DNA of 64,000 nucleotides, from positions 107,045,532 to 107,109,531 of the forward strand of contig NC_068987.1 in assembly GCF_001194135.2 (NCBI RefSeq), written 5' to 3'. A program made the translations under genes and the position numbers. This DNA is from Octopus bimaculoides (lineage: Eukaryota). The notes below the pieces were generated by a model. The model was not told where the DNA came from. It did no database searches and saw only the letters and a program-made list of their open reading frames with translations. Positions 24,055 to 37,151 of the stretch are shown one piece after another (position 1 is the first letter of the stretch; the number at the start of each line of letters is the position of its first letter).

Positions 24055-26421
24055 TACATATAAATATATATCATTCTCACTCTTTATCACTCACTGTTTC
24101 TTCTTTTGCTATTACAGATAAACTGAAATTAGAGAAATCCAGATAGTTATGAGAACGAAGTGACAAAAACGATAGACGAGCGAAAATGTTTGCTGTATTA
24201 CAGGAAGACTAACTAAAATCATAACCTCGAGACACTTTTACATATTTCAAAGTAAAATAAATTCTTAGATAAAAAGAAACGATTTCTTGGAAACATTAAG
24301 CCTTTGGGAGATATTAAAACATTCAGAAAGCTATTCCCATTAAACATAGAAACAGTATTACAGTAATACTGTGACATGAAGCCGATAATATACTATTACT
24401 ACACACTGTTGGTTAAACTGAAAGTTCTATATATCTTATTTTTCTGTTGATGTTATGCACGAGTGAAATATTCTTCGACAAGATTACTAATCCATATTCA
24501 CACTAAAACTAAACAGTTCCATGCTCGATATCCATTGCGCGCTATATTCAACAACTATCTTTTACTATAGTTTCATGTCTTCCATGATAGAATTATGCGC
24601 GTACGAAAATTATGCGAGTACGAAAATATGTCGCAGGCTTGTCGAATACAGTACACCTATACTTGGGTGGGTGTAGATGCAATCTAGTTTAACAGTATTC
24701 CCCTAACAGTATTTGCATAACTGTAGCAGGTTCCATTCCATCGCGAGCATTGTGGCAGTATATTGCCTCTGCATTTCTCCTCAATTTTTTCTCCACTCTT
24801 GTGAACACTAATTGGCGCTGCGTTTGGTTACTTAAATCATTCAAAAACTGCCATAGCATAGATGTTAATGTCAAATATATGTAGCTATAAATTAATGAAA
24901 AACAGGAGATTTTCTGCATAGAAATTTAGTCTGCTATATAATAACGTTCATGAAAGCGTGATGCCTATGAACGGTCTAGCAGGCAATATGAAACTTCGAT
25001 GTAATTTCAACAGACCAAAATCTTCTGTAAATGTATATCCCATTTAATGTTTTATCACTAGATTGGCGATTGTAATGTAACTGTTCAAGTTACACTGATG
25101 CTATTACAATAATAATGAAATTGTTCGGAGACCCATTCCATATTTAACTGAAAAATTTCCACATTATATTCACAGTTTTTTTTTTTCTGAACATGCAAAT
25201 AATTTTACTTGGAAAGTAATACTTCGTGTATTAAGTAAGTAAATATCACCATAATTTCTATGATTCTTTATGGATTGTCCTTCAGGAAACGTTCTTCTAT
25301 AAATACGCCTAATTTATTTGCTGACCTGTGAACAATATGATACATTGACATTGGTATAATCCCTCATCGCTACTTAGGTGAGTACTTTGATATCGTGGTT
25401 TGCTGATGAGATTATAATAGAGCGAAAAGTTAATAGCAGTTATCTCACTTTCTTGAAAAAAAATCAATTCAGATATTGATGGACATTGCTTTCCTCCTCA
25501 ACGTACATATATTTGTAAGTAACATTTTAATCTCTCGTTACATTAGATATGTTCACTCAAACTTGATCATTGTGCAATAAATGTACATACGACATTCACA
25601 AACTGGATAGAAACGAAGGTCGCCGAGTAATATTTTTGTCAAATAACATCTTCCATTCTATAATGAAATGTTAACTGACAGCACTTTACATTTCAACAAA
25701 ATATGCTGTGAGAAAAAGTGGATTTAAGTTAAGGCTGCATTGGCAATATATCTGTCATAATATGGGCGTGCATGGTTTCTTTTAAGTTATTTGGGCCTGA
25801 AAACTCAATAAACGTGTGTCATTATTTATGGTGCAGCTACTGCCTTTAACATAATTTTTTTTTTACAAGTGTTTACTTGTTTAGGGCTGTTCGGGTTAAA
25901 TTTATTGAAAATGAATATTGCATATGCCAATACGAGAGGAGAAATGCATTGTTTAAGCTTATTAATTCGATCTAAATTCAGGGCCCAAGCGGATAGAAAT
26001 GATCACGAAACGCACCGCAAATTATATACTACCGTCTTGCAAATGGAATTATAGGAGGAAAATATGATTATCGAATGTCTTTCATTATTGGTTTGATAAT
26101 TTGGGGTGACAGAAAGTTAAACAATAAAAAATATTTCATGAACTCACCTTATCTGAATCCGAGGAAAATGTCACAGAAAAAAATTGCTACGGAAACATAA
26201 AAACGAGGGGAAAATATATCAAAGGTAAACGGACCAGAAAAAATGTGTTACATATAAAAAGGCATAGGAAAAAATATATCACAGGTACAAAAACGGAGGC
26301 TGAAAATGTTTTAAGAAAAAGTGAATGTCTACATTATTGTTTCTTCAATTTCATTGTTATATTTGAAAAATGCAATAAAGCGTTATTCCTTTGCATTGCA
26401 TTTAAATTCAGATTTTGAAGT

Positions 26422-26452
<31 letters not shown>

Positions 26453-26544
26453 GCTATCTTGCTATCTAGCCATTTGTCCCTCAATTTAGCTTTCAATATA
26501 AGAGTTATACAAACACACACGCACAAAGCACACTATATAACTTT

Positions 26545-26757
26545 TTCGAACAATGAAAGAAACAAATAGAGAAACGAGACAGGCAACATAAACAGCAATC
26601 CCTTCGTCAGTTGTCCTCTGTTTCGTTTTCCTTGTTTTTTTTTTATATGTTCTCGTTTTTCAATTTGTTCACGTTTTTTTTTGACGTCCTGTACACATAT
26701 ATTCATGTATATATACATATATATGTAGGTGTGTACACACATGTATGCATATGTGCA

Positions 26758-26795
<38 letters not shown>

Positions 26796-27485
26796 ATTAT
26801 TACATGATCGAACGTATCCATTTCGAAGTAAGTTTTATCTTAATAATTATGATGCACACTCTATAACTATCTCTATTCTCCCTCTATTATTCTGCTTTCC
26901 TTCACCGTTCTCTTTCTCTCCATCTCTCGCCTACTCTCTTTCTCATTGCTCACACGTGACCAGCGGCTATCTTTCTCTTTTCCTCTTGCTTTACAAGATA
27001 CAAGATGCAGTTAGCTTTGCCTGTCTCCTGTCAAAGATTGTTTCTCCAGCGTTCACCCCTTCACCTCGTTATGGCTTAACGGACCTTACCGTTTGTTTTT
27101 TAGTGTTTTGTTCTTACTGTCCTGTTTTTTTTACCACTTTAACCCTCCGCAAATCCAAAATTTTATTTAATTTGCTTTGCGTGAATGACTGTTTTAATGA
27201 AGTCGCTTCTTGTCCCTACGTTCAAATCGTGCAGTAGATAAAACAGGAGGCAACTTATGAAGAGATTATTCTTTATGTTGCCTGTCTCGTTTCTCTATTT
27301 GTTTCTTTGGTTGTTCGAAAAATTTCGTATTCCATGTTTTTGTGTTTTTTTTGTTCATGTCTTTTGACGTCTTGTACCCATATATGTAGGTTTGTAAATT
27401 TATGTATACACCCCCCCCACACACACACACATATTATTTATAGTATTATATGATCGAACGCCCCGCATCTATTTCCAACTAAGTT
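26545..27485. mobile_element. Composite inverted plus direct repeat unit, Penelope-like architecture (family unproven)
   Basis: 26545-26623 is the inverse of about 27241-27325 (core AAACAAATAGAGAAACGAGACAGGCAACATAAA is identical). Direct repeats TTGACGTC.TGTAC.CATAT and TATTA.ATGATCGAACG follow both arms. Confidence 0.55.
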
Positions 27486-27524
27486 ATATATATATATACA
27501 TATATATATGTATATACGTGTGTA

Positions 27525-27576
<52 letters not shown>

Positions 27577-27581
27577 TGCAC

Positions 27582-27835
27582 GGAGACACAATGACCCAGT
27601 GGTTAAGGCAGCGGACTCGTGGTCGGAGGATCGCGGTTTCGATTCCCAGATCGAGCGTTGTGTGTGTTTATTGAGCGAAACACCTAAAGCTCCACGAGGC
27701 TCCGGCAAGGGGGTGGCGGCGGCCCCTTTTGTACTCTTTCGCCCCAACTTTCCCTCACTGTTCCTTGAGTAACGCTGCGATGGACTGGCGTACCATCCAG
27801 GTGTGGGAAACATATACGCCATAGAAAAGAGCGGT
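27582..27835 (+). mobile_element. tRNA-headed SINE, family A
   Basis: A-box-like TGACCCAGTGG and B-box-like GGTTTCGATTCC, then a body containing CACCTAAAGCTCCACGAGGCTCCGGCA. Homologues at 31475-31722 (-) and 63860-64000 (+). Confidence 0.85.
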
Positions 27836-28249
27836 CGTGCAAGCAAAAGCGTTTGTAAATCTAATCGGATTGACCTGAACATTTGCGCACCTATGTTAAA
27901 AGTGCTGTGAAATTGGCATGGCAACTTTGAGTTTCCTCGATAGAAAGGCGTGGCCTCTATGTCAAAATTCCTCATCTTTAAAATATTTCTTAGCATCAAA
28001 ACATACACAATATCTGCTTCCATCACAGCTCTTAACTGAAATTACAATAGTGAATTTCACATGAATAATCTCTCTTGAATTTGAAAATAAACGCTCATCT
28101 CTGTGCTGTGAGAGGGACCCCAGTCATTGAAATCTAAATGTTTGTAAGACTCTCCAGAAGGCCCTACCACTCCAAGCTTTCTAATAAAACTCATATGTCT
28201 AATATTGGTTTCATATTTTGGCACAAATCTAGCAAATAATTCACTTGTA

Positions 28250-28385
28250 TCAGTCCCAGTATTCGGCTGGTTTTTATTTTATCGACCTCGGAAGGATGGA
28301 AAGTATAGTCGACCTTTGTTGACTGGACAAATTGTTGCCGCTAAGTATTTTAGTCGGCATGATATTGATTCTGCAAGTTCGCAGA
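28250..28385 (-). mobile_element. SINE family C copy, internally deleted and old
   Basis: ATCGACCTCGGAAGGATGGAAAG...GTCGACC...CCGCTAAGTATTTT matches the reverse complement of family C. Confidence 0.6.
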
Positions 28386-29007
28386 TTTCTGTCACATATT
28401 TAATATTAGTGATATAAAACGAATCAAAGTTTACAAAAACAGTATTCTTTGGAGATTGATCGCAAAAATAACAATGCTTTAAGTCGAACAGTAACCAAGT
28501 GACATAAAGAAATGAATGAATAAATATATAAACCAAATAATTTCAAATTTCACTTCTAATAGTCTTACTCTCACCTTTGTGAGATATAAACCTGCGACCG
28601 AACGTGCTATTTTTGAATCCAAATCTGCCTGTTAGTTACAGAAAAATAGTTTACTAGGAAAATAATATTATAATTTGAACTGAAAGTCAAAATGGCAAAT
28701 TCAGAAAATATATAAATTCCCCTATCTCTATTTTATGGAATCACGTGCGCGTAAGTTGTGCCGTATAACAAATCAATACACTTCTTTGACATATTCAACA
28801 CAAATTGTTTATAATATATTTTTGAAAAGTAAGAAAAATATACAGAATGATGTGATTCAGTATAATTTGTCATAGCAATAACAGTGCTTCCTCACCTTAT
28901 GCACCCATATACAAGCACGGGTGTATAAAAATATGCGTGTGTGCGTATCGATGAGTGTGCGTGTGCGTGTGTGCATGTGTATGTATGTCTGTGTCTGTAA
29001 AAATATA

Positions 29008-29649
29008 TGTTGACTGATCAATAAGTACCCGAACTGCTGCTAGAGTAATGAAGCTAAAGCACGCAGGGAAAAGACTTTGGGTAAAGACTGATCTTGACCT
29101 CTGCTGTGCAGATGCCCTATGCTTCAGCGTTCTAGCTTACTTCCGTTGTTTACAGCAGTGCTTGGAAGAAAGGTGTGTAGCATGTGATAATTGCGTTGCC
29201 AATGACAAAGAAAGTTGAGCAGAGAATCTGCATCAAGTTTTGCCAAAAGCTTTGCAACGCCTGCTCAGTGGCCTACGTTAAGGTTTCAAAATGTTTTCAT
29301 CGTTCACAACAAAATAAAGGAGATCTTGTGCAACTGAAACCCAAGTGGTTTTTGGTCAGCTGAAAGCAGTTTTGACACAAACTTGGCAAACACGCGTCTT
29401 ATACCTAAATCTTCAGTGATAATGGATTGAACTGAACCGTAACTCATCTGCACATTCTCTGATAACTCACGGATGGTGATTCAACGATTTCCCCTCACAG
29501 CCTCACGCACATCTGCGATGTTTTATTTCCTCAGTTCTGCTGGTTGCGGGTCTTGCAGAACATTCGTCAATATAGACATTATTTCGGCCATCTTGGAAAC
29601 TTCTGAACCCCTTTGTACTTAGTGCGCATGCACAGCAGTCTTCAAGGTA
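29008..29649. mobile_element. Non-autonomous mariner derivative with internal inversion (copy B, opposite orientation, one end truncated)
   Basis: TA followed by TGTTGACTGATCAATAAGTA (TIR). The plus strand reads MTKKVEQRICIKFCQKL; the internal transposase segment then lies on the minus strand with the same junctions as 5316-5991. Confidence 0.9.
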
Positions 29650-30412
29650 AAAAAATAAATGAAGAAAGCCAAATCTATCTTCCTTACTACAAGGCCAATT
29701 ATTTTATGTTTTGTATATTTTTCCCTTTGTATTCGTGTTTAGTTTCTGATAGCTTTTCTACATACATACATACATACATACATACATACATACTTACATA
29801 CATACACACACACATTCATACATACATACATAAATACATACATGCATGCATACATACACACATATAAACACACGATTGTATATATGCAACCATATACACA
29901 GAGGAAAAAATATATGTTTCTGTATGAATTATGGATGCATACATTATATATGTGTGTATCATTATTCGTGGGTTTCTATGAATATTTTGAATGTATATAC
30001 ATGAGTGCACACTGACACATCAACACACATGTTACAAAATATTGCAATGCCGTAATGCACAATATACATACACCTAACCAACAAATATTTTCTTAATGTA
30101 CTAAATATATTGACTTTTTACATTTCATTTGATCTTTTTAATCAACAAATATTATTGTTCAAAGTGTAAAACCTTTAAAGTGTCTATTATTTTTGTATCG
30201 AATGAATAGTTGAAAGCTTTGACAAGTTGTACGTCTAAAACTCTAAGACATCTGTAGACAATAATTCCTCTAGACCTAAAATACAAGTGTGTGTGTATAT
30301 ATNNNNNNNNNNNNNNNNNNNNNNNNNNNNNNNNNNNNNNNNNNNNNNNNNNNNNNNNNNNNNNNNNNNNNNNNNNNNNNNNNNNNNNNNNNNNNNNNNN
30401 NNNNNNNNNNNN

Positions 30413-30443
<31 letters not shown>

Positions 30444-31369
30444 TCTATATATATACATATATATGCGTGTGTGGATGTGTGTATACGTGAGTGTGGATGT
30501 ATGTGTATGTTAGTGTGTCTGAGTATGAGTATGCCTGTTTGTCTGTGTATGTATATTTATACTTACACATATATATGTTTGTACGTATGGCTAGATACGG
30601 CTGTAAATACACGCCCCCACCAAATTCAAACTCCCGCAAACACACAAATATGTGTGATGAAGTGAAGTAATCAAACTATTTTATATTAAACGCAATTAAT
30701 CTTAACATAGAAATTCAATAAGGAAAATGATGTGAGTTACGCGAATGTATAGATCTTTGAATGAATCCTCTTACACCTGAGTCCGCGCGTGTGCAAAGGT
30801 GTACGTACACAGCCATACATTCATAGGGAGGGATCGGTCCCACTGTGTGGAACTTTGGGCGAGGGTCGCCTACAATTGTGATATGTAAACATGCATGCAC
30901 GCTCACACACGAACACACACGAACACACGCACACACGCTCACACACACACACACACACAAACACATCTAAATTCATATATTCATGCAAATTTATATGTAT
31001 AAGTGCATATAATAAATTGGATATTTGCACATATATATTCATATATATATATATTTATATATATATATATATATATATNNNNNNNNNNNNNNNNNNNNNN
31101 NNNNNNNNNNNNNNNNNNNNNNNNNNNNNNNNNNNNNNNNNNNNNNNNNNNNNNNNNNNNNNNNNNNNNNNNNNNNNNNNNNNNNNNNNNNNNNNNNNNN
31201 NNNNNNNNNNNNNNNNNNNNNNNNNNNNNNNNNNNNNNNNNNNNNNNNNNNNNNNNNNNNNNNNNNNNNNNNNNNNNNNNNNNNNNNNNNNNNNNNNNNN
31301 NNNNNNNNNNNNNNNNNNNNNNNNATATATATGTATATACACGTATATATACATATATGTGCATATCTC

Positions 31370-31408
<39 letters not shown>

Positions 31409-31474
31409 CCTGTTTAAAATACTATTTAGTCTCATTTAAGTTATCTTTTCTTTCTTTTTCGTCCTTTTCAAGCC

Positions 31475-31722
31475 TAGCTAGGCTCAAGGGCCCGGCTGGA
31501 CGGGACGCCTGTCCATTGAAGCGTTACTCAAGGAACAGGAAGAAAGTGTGAGATAAAACTGGGGCAAAAGAGTACAACAGGGGTCGCCCCCACCCTCTGC
31601 CAGAGCCTCGTGTTGCTTTAGGTGTTTTCGCTGAATAAACACACAACACCCGGTCTGGGAATCGAAACTGTGGTCCTCCGACCGCCAGTCCGCTGCCCTA
31701 ACCACTGGCCAATTGCGCCTCC
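31475..31722 (-). mobile_element. SINE family A copy
   Basis: Reverse complement of the 27582 and 63860 elements (GGGAATCGAAAC, CTAACCACTGG, ATTGCGCC). Confidence 0.85.
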
Positions 31723-33373
31723 ACCATTTAATTTCTATAAGTGAAAATTTATTCCTACTGGACCTATCGAACTCATATCTATCTCTGTATTCTCTCACTA
31801 CATATGCCTGTTGTAAGCAAGTCCAGTGGTGTGTACCAATGCCGCTCTAGTTTGACCATTTGTTCTTTGTGTCTGAATAGGAGTGTGGCAGAAGCATGTT
31901 CATAGTGTGCCTGCTTGCTGCAAATGGTCACACATCGATCTAGCCCAGTGACTCTCCACTTGGGACCCGCTGACCTCTGGAGGTTCGCAAAGGTAATACT
32001 AAGCGCCCGTGAACTAAATTCAAAATTTCATATATATATACATACATAGTTACATACTTTTATATGTAAATTTAAAGGGCCTCGTGGGGGGAAAAAAACC
32101 TCATTTAAATAAAAGGGTCTCGGAACCACTGATCTAACCCTTCTGACTCTCATCCCATCACGTGACAGACCAGCCGAGCTGGGGGAATTTAATGTCACCT
32201 ATATAAGGATCCCTTTACCGCTATATCTCCAGTGAGGTGGGTTTGCATGATCGAGTTCGTATCTTCAGCAGAGAGCAAGTTTATTTCGCAGGCAGCCTCA
32301 GCTATTCTTTGACGCACACTTTTGTTCCTCTCGTCCAGCAAAATTTATGCTACGCATTTGATTCTACATCGCATACATCATCATTAAGTGCCAACTCCAT
32401 GTGCAGCTATTGTGTATATATACTGACCGTTCCTTCAAGATATATCTCAACAACTTTATCTATGCACGCAATCGTACTCAAACCAGCTTTATCCATCAAC
32501 TCAACATCCACCGTTAATGGAGTATGTTAACCGATGTATTCTTGCTTTTATGAGAGCATGGTACATTTTTCTGTTCTTAACAAACCATAGGAAAATATTA
32601 ACACATTAGTCTTTTCTTGTCAAATACTGCTTATATTAGAACTAAAAATATTTAAATTGATGCTAATGAAGTTTGTTTGCATTTGATTGTAGATTATAAT
32701 CGGCGAAATCAGCAACAAGACACGAATGAAAACGCAATTTATCTGGCAGTACAAGGATGAAAAGCAAATCTATTTACGGCTAAATTTGAACGCAGAAAGC
32801 AAAAATCTGTAACAGAATACCAAAAGATATTTCACCAGTTGAACTGAGGATCCGCTGAATGCAGAGCCTTTACGGTGGAATACCTTTGAAACGTAAAATA
32901 TACAGAGGGGTAAATAAGGTTTATATATAAAATCATATAATAAAAAAAGAATAATCAGTCAGTTCGACGACAGGACACTTACTGTTTCACAGTACCAGTA
33001 TAAGATATGATCGATTAGACAATAACAGTAAGAAGTGGGGGGGGGGGGGTGATAAGCTTATAGATAGAGCAGAGAAGAGCTTTATCATTTTCCTTGGTGA
33101 AAGGAGATTTTCTATTAAATAAACATATGTTTGATTATATACACAGACAATTATACATTCATACAACAAAATTCAAACACACATACAGACAGACACACAC
33201 AGACATAATTACGAGACAAGTCAGAAAGAGGAAAAGAGAGAGGAGTGAAAGAGGGAGAGATTACGAACAGGGAATTTCAAATGAAATAGACAAGTTTTAC
33301 GCAAATCAGACGCACACGCATATGTATGCATGTATTCGTGTTAATGCGTGTTTGTGTGTGTGTGTATATGTAC

Positions 33374-33412
<39 letters not shown>

Positions 33413-34391
33413 NNNNNNNNNNNNNNNNNNNNNNNNNNNNNNNNNNNNNNNNNNNNNNNNNNNNNNNNNNNNNNNNNNNNNNNNNNNNNNNNNNNNNNNN
33501 NNNNNNNNNNNNNNNNNNNNNNNNNNNNNNNNNNNNNNNNNNNNNNNNNNNNNNNNNNNNNNNNNNNNNNNNNNNNNNNNNNNNNNNNNNNNNNNNNNNN
33601 NNNNNNNNNNNNNNNNNNNNNNNNNNNNNNNNNNNNNNNNNNNNNNNNNNNNNNNNNNNNNNNNNNNNNNNNNNNNNNNNNNNNNNNNNNNNNNNNNNNN
33701 NNNNNNNNNNNNNNNNNNNNNNNNNNNNNNNNNNNNNNNNNNNNNNNNNNNNNNNNNNNNNNNNNNNNNNNNNNNNNNNNNNNNNNNNNNNNNNNNNNNN
33801 NNNNNNNNNNNNNNNNNNNNNNNNNNNNNNNNNNNNNNNNNNNNNNNNNNNNNNNNNNNNNNNNNNNNNNNNNNNNNNNNNNNNNNNNNNNNNNNNNNNN
33901 NNNNNNNNNNNNNNNNNNNNNNNNNNNNNNNNNNNNNNNNNNNNNNNNNNNNNNNNNNNNNNNNNNNNNNNNNNNNNNNNNNNNNNNNNNNNNNNNNNNN
34001 NNNNNNNNNNNNNNNNNNNNNNNNNNNNNNNNNNNNNNNNNNNNNNNNNNNNNNNNNNNNNNNNNNNNNNNNNNNNNNNNNNNNNNNNNNNNNNNNNNNN
34101 NNNNNNNNNNNNNNNNNNNNNNNNNNNNNNNNNNNNNNNNNNNNNNNNNNNNNNNNNNNNNNNNNNNNNNNNNNNNNNNNNNNNNNNNNNNNNNNNNNNN
34201 NNNNNNNNNNNNNNNNNNNNNNNNNNNNNNNNNNNNNNNNNNNNNNNNNNNNNNNNNNNNNNNNNNNNNNNNNNNNNNNNNNNNNNNNNNNNNNNNNNNN
34301 NNNNNNNNNNNNNNNNNNNNNNNNNNNNNNNNNNNNNNNNNNNNNNNNNNNNNNNNNNNNNNNNNNNNNNNNNNNNNNNNNTATACATATG

Positions 34392-34422
<31 letters not shown>

Positions 34423-34454
34423 CACACACATATATATATATATTTATATATATT

Positions 34455-34490
<36 letters not shown>

Positions 34491-34512
34491 CGTGTGTGTG
34501 TGTGTGTGTGTC

Positions 34513-34559
<47 letters not shown>

Positions 34560-34567
34560 ATACTGAA

Positions 34568-34747
34568 GGCGCATTGCTTAGTGGTTAGGGCATTCGACTC
34601 ACGACTGTAAGGTCATGAGTTCAGTTGCCGATGACACGTTATGACCTTTAGCAAGACACTTTATTTTACGTTGTTCCAATCCATCAGCTGGCAAAAATGA
34701 GTAGTACCTGTAATACAGGTACTACTCATTTTTGCCAGCTGAGTGGA
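34568..34747 (+). mobile_element. tRNA-headed SINE (family E), truncated by a fold-back palindrome
   Basis: The head GGCGCATTGCTTAGTGGTTAGGGCATTCGACTC...GAGTTCAG and CORE-like TTTAGCAAGACACTTT end in a perfect 29-bp inverted repeat (34684-34712 / 34714-34742). Confidence 0.8.
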
Positions 34748-34810
34748 CGTATGGTAATAAGATTGATTGCCAACTGCATGGTTGCTGATTAAGTTCCACT
34801 GCGTGGTAGC

Positions 34811-34861
<51 letters not shown>

Positions 34862-35083
34862 ATATGCAACGGGATATCAAATAGTAGTGCAGTACGACCG
34901 TTTCATGTGGCTCCATTTAATTGAACAATGCAATCATTGTATCAATTTAAATTCAGGACTATCAGCAACTGCACAAATAAATAGAATTTTAATCAGTTGG
35001 ACACATTAATTTTTCTCAAATATTTTATCAGAGCAAGATGTTAGGAATTACTCAGTGTTTGTCGAGCATACAAACAAATGATA

Positions 35084-35406
35084 GAAACAGAAATCCAATT
35101 CAGGAGATTCTTTATTAATCAGAAACATCGTTTCGACCTATCTTGCATCGATCACACGCAAGTGAGATATTATACAACTGGTTATGGTGCATCCATAGGT
35201 GTCCTGACGAGACGCATCGACAATTAACTCTAGGCAACTACCTACGGGCAAATAACGACGTACTATATGATCGAAAAAAGCGAAATCGTGTTCATTGAGC
35301 GAAGTGCCAATAACCAGCTGCATAGCATGGCAACCTAGAGTGTTCAATGCAAGATAGGTCGTAACGATCATTGTGATTAATAACGAATCTTGTGAATTCT
35401 GTTTCT
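35084..35406. repeat. About 320-bp element bounded by 50-60 bp inverted arms
   Basis: TTCAGGAGATTCTTTATTAATCAGAAACATCGTTTCGACCTATCTTGCAT (35099-35148) versus the reverse complement of 35347-35396, TTCACAAGATTCGTTATTAATCACAATGATCGTTACGACCTATCTTGCAT. Confidence 0.8.
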
Positions 35407-35642
35407 CTCAGTCGTTATATATATATAGATATGTGTGTGTGTGTGTGTGTGTGTGCGTGCGTGTGTGTTTATAGAACTTAAAGGAATAGGGACTTCGAAC
35501 CTGGACAGGTACAATATTAGGACTCTGATATAATCCTAGTTTTTGATAAACATATCGAACGACATAGAACCCACAATCATTTAAGATAAGCAGTTACTCG
35601 GTAATGCAGTGGATACATAAATGCCGAGTTCGCTTCCTCTGA

Positions 35643-35708
35643 TTTTATACATTGTGCATATATATTTTATACATTATGCATATATATTTTATACATTATG
35701 CATATATA
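35643..35708. repeat. 22-bp tandem repeat, 3 units
   Basis: TTTTATACATT(G/A)TGCATATATA at 35643, 35665 and 35687. Confidence 0.9.
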
Positions 35709-36535
35709 TATATATATATATATATATANNNNNNNNNNNNNNNNNNNNNNNNNNNNNNNNNNNNNNNNNNNNNNNNNNNNNNNNNNNNNNNNNNNNNNNN
35801 NNNNNNNNNNNNNNNNNNNNNNNNNNNNNNNNNNNNNNNNNNNNNNNNNNNNNNNNNNNNNNNNNNNNNNNNNNNNNNNNNNNNNNNNNNNNNNNNNNNN
35901 NNNNNNNNNNNNNNNNNNNNNNNNNNNNNNNNNNNNNNNNNNNNNNNNNNNNNNNNNNNNNNNNNNNNNNNNNNNNNNNNNNNNNNNNNNNNNNNNNNNN
36001 NNNNNNNNNNNNNNNNNNNNNNNNNNNNNNNNNNNNNNNNNNNNNNNNNNNNNNNNNNNNNNNNNNNNNNNNNNNNNNNNNNNNNNNNNNNNNNNNNNNN
36101 NNNNNNNNNNNNNNNNNNNNNNNNNNNNNNNNNNNNNNNNNNNNNNNNNNNNNNNNNNNNNNNNNNNNNNNNNNNNNNNNNNNNNNNNNNNNNNNNNNNN
36201 NNNNNNNNNNNNNNNNNNNNNNNNNNNNNNNNNNNNNNNNNNNNNNNNNNNNNNNNNNNNNNNNNNNNNNNNNNNNNNNNNNNNNNNNNNNNNNNNNNNN
36301 NNNNNNNNNNNNNNNNNNNNNNNNNNNNNNNNNNNNNNNNNNNNNNNNNNNNNNNNNNNNNNNNNNNNNNNNNNNNNNNNNNNNNNNNNNNNNNNNNNNN
36401 NNNNNNNNNNNNNNNNNNNNNNNNNNNNNNNNNNNNNNNNNNNNNNNNNNNNNNNNNNNNNNNNNNNNNNNNNNNNNNNNNNNNNNNNNNNNNNNNNNNN
36501 NNNNNNNNNNNNNNNNNNNNNNNNNNNNNNNNNNN

Positions 36536-37105
36536 TTTCGGTTGTGGTTAAGCTCTTTCCCTTTTACCAAACCACTGTTTACGACGTTTAACATTTCGAT
36601 AGAAGATCTATTATTCTTCACCAGTCACAAGTGTATTCAAAAAGGGTGAAATGAGTTCGCGAGAATGGAGAGAAAAGGAGCAGATTTCAACTCGGGATGT
36701 GCGGTTCCGTTCGGACAATTCATGAGGCACCCATTTTCCAACTTTAGGAACCTTTCCAAGTTGTTGAAGATGAAGATGAACACTTGTATGGTTTGAACTA
36801 AGCTTTATTGCCAATTCTTCAACTGATAATGCAGGCTTTTCTTCAAGTAATGCCTCAAGGAACTTGTCATCAAACTCAACTGGACTTCCTGGTCAATCTT
36901 CATCTTCGAGGCTGAAATCTCCACTTCTGCATTTTGCAAACCATCTTCTGCAAGTTTTTTCATTCAAGCATTCTTTCTCATAAACTGAGAGTATGTTTCG
37001 AGTCGATTCAGCTGCAGAGCCTCCTTTGTTGTACTCATAAAGCATTCTGTGCCTTAAATGCTCTTTGAATACTTCAATGTTAGGATGGGTTTTAATCAAA
37101 GACAT
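36536..37105 (-). pseudogene. Mariner transposase N-terminal half (Hsmar1/SETMAR-like type), cut by an N gap
   Basis: HLRHRMLYEYNKGGSAAESTRNI...CRRWFAKCRSGDFSLEDED, then after a stop LGKVPKVGKWVPHELSE...FLNTLVTGEE. The WVPHEL motif is intact; the first catalytic D reads E. Confidence 0.92.
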
Positions 37106-37151
37106 TTTAAATGTATTATTCTGTAAAATAATATTAAATTAGTTTAAATAC

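Noticed and set aside
24689-24919. 76-aa minus ORF with an acceptor-like site
   Set aside because: The length is within chance expectation and no motif was recognised.
25403-25430. CTGATGA...GAAA hammerhead candidate
   Set aside because: Stem II cannot pair beyond one G-C, and there is no stem I or stem III.
31945-32130. Possible hAT-type MITE (CAGTG... / ...GAACCACTG with GGGTC-like subterminal motifs)
   Set aside because: The left terminus matches poorly and no 8-bp TSD was found.
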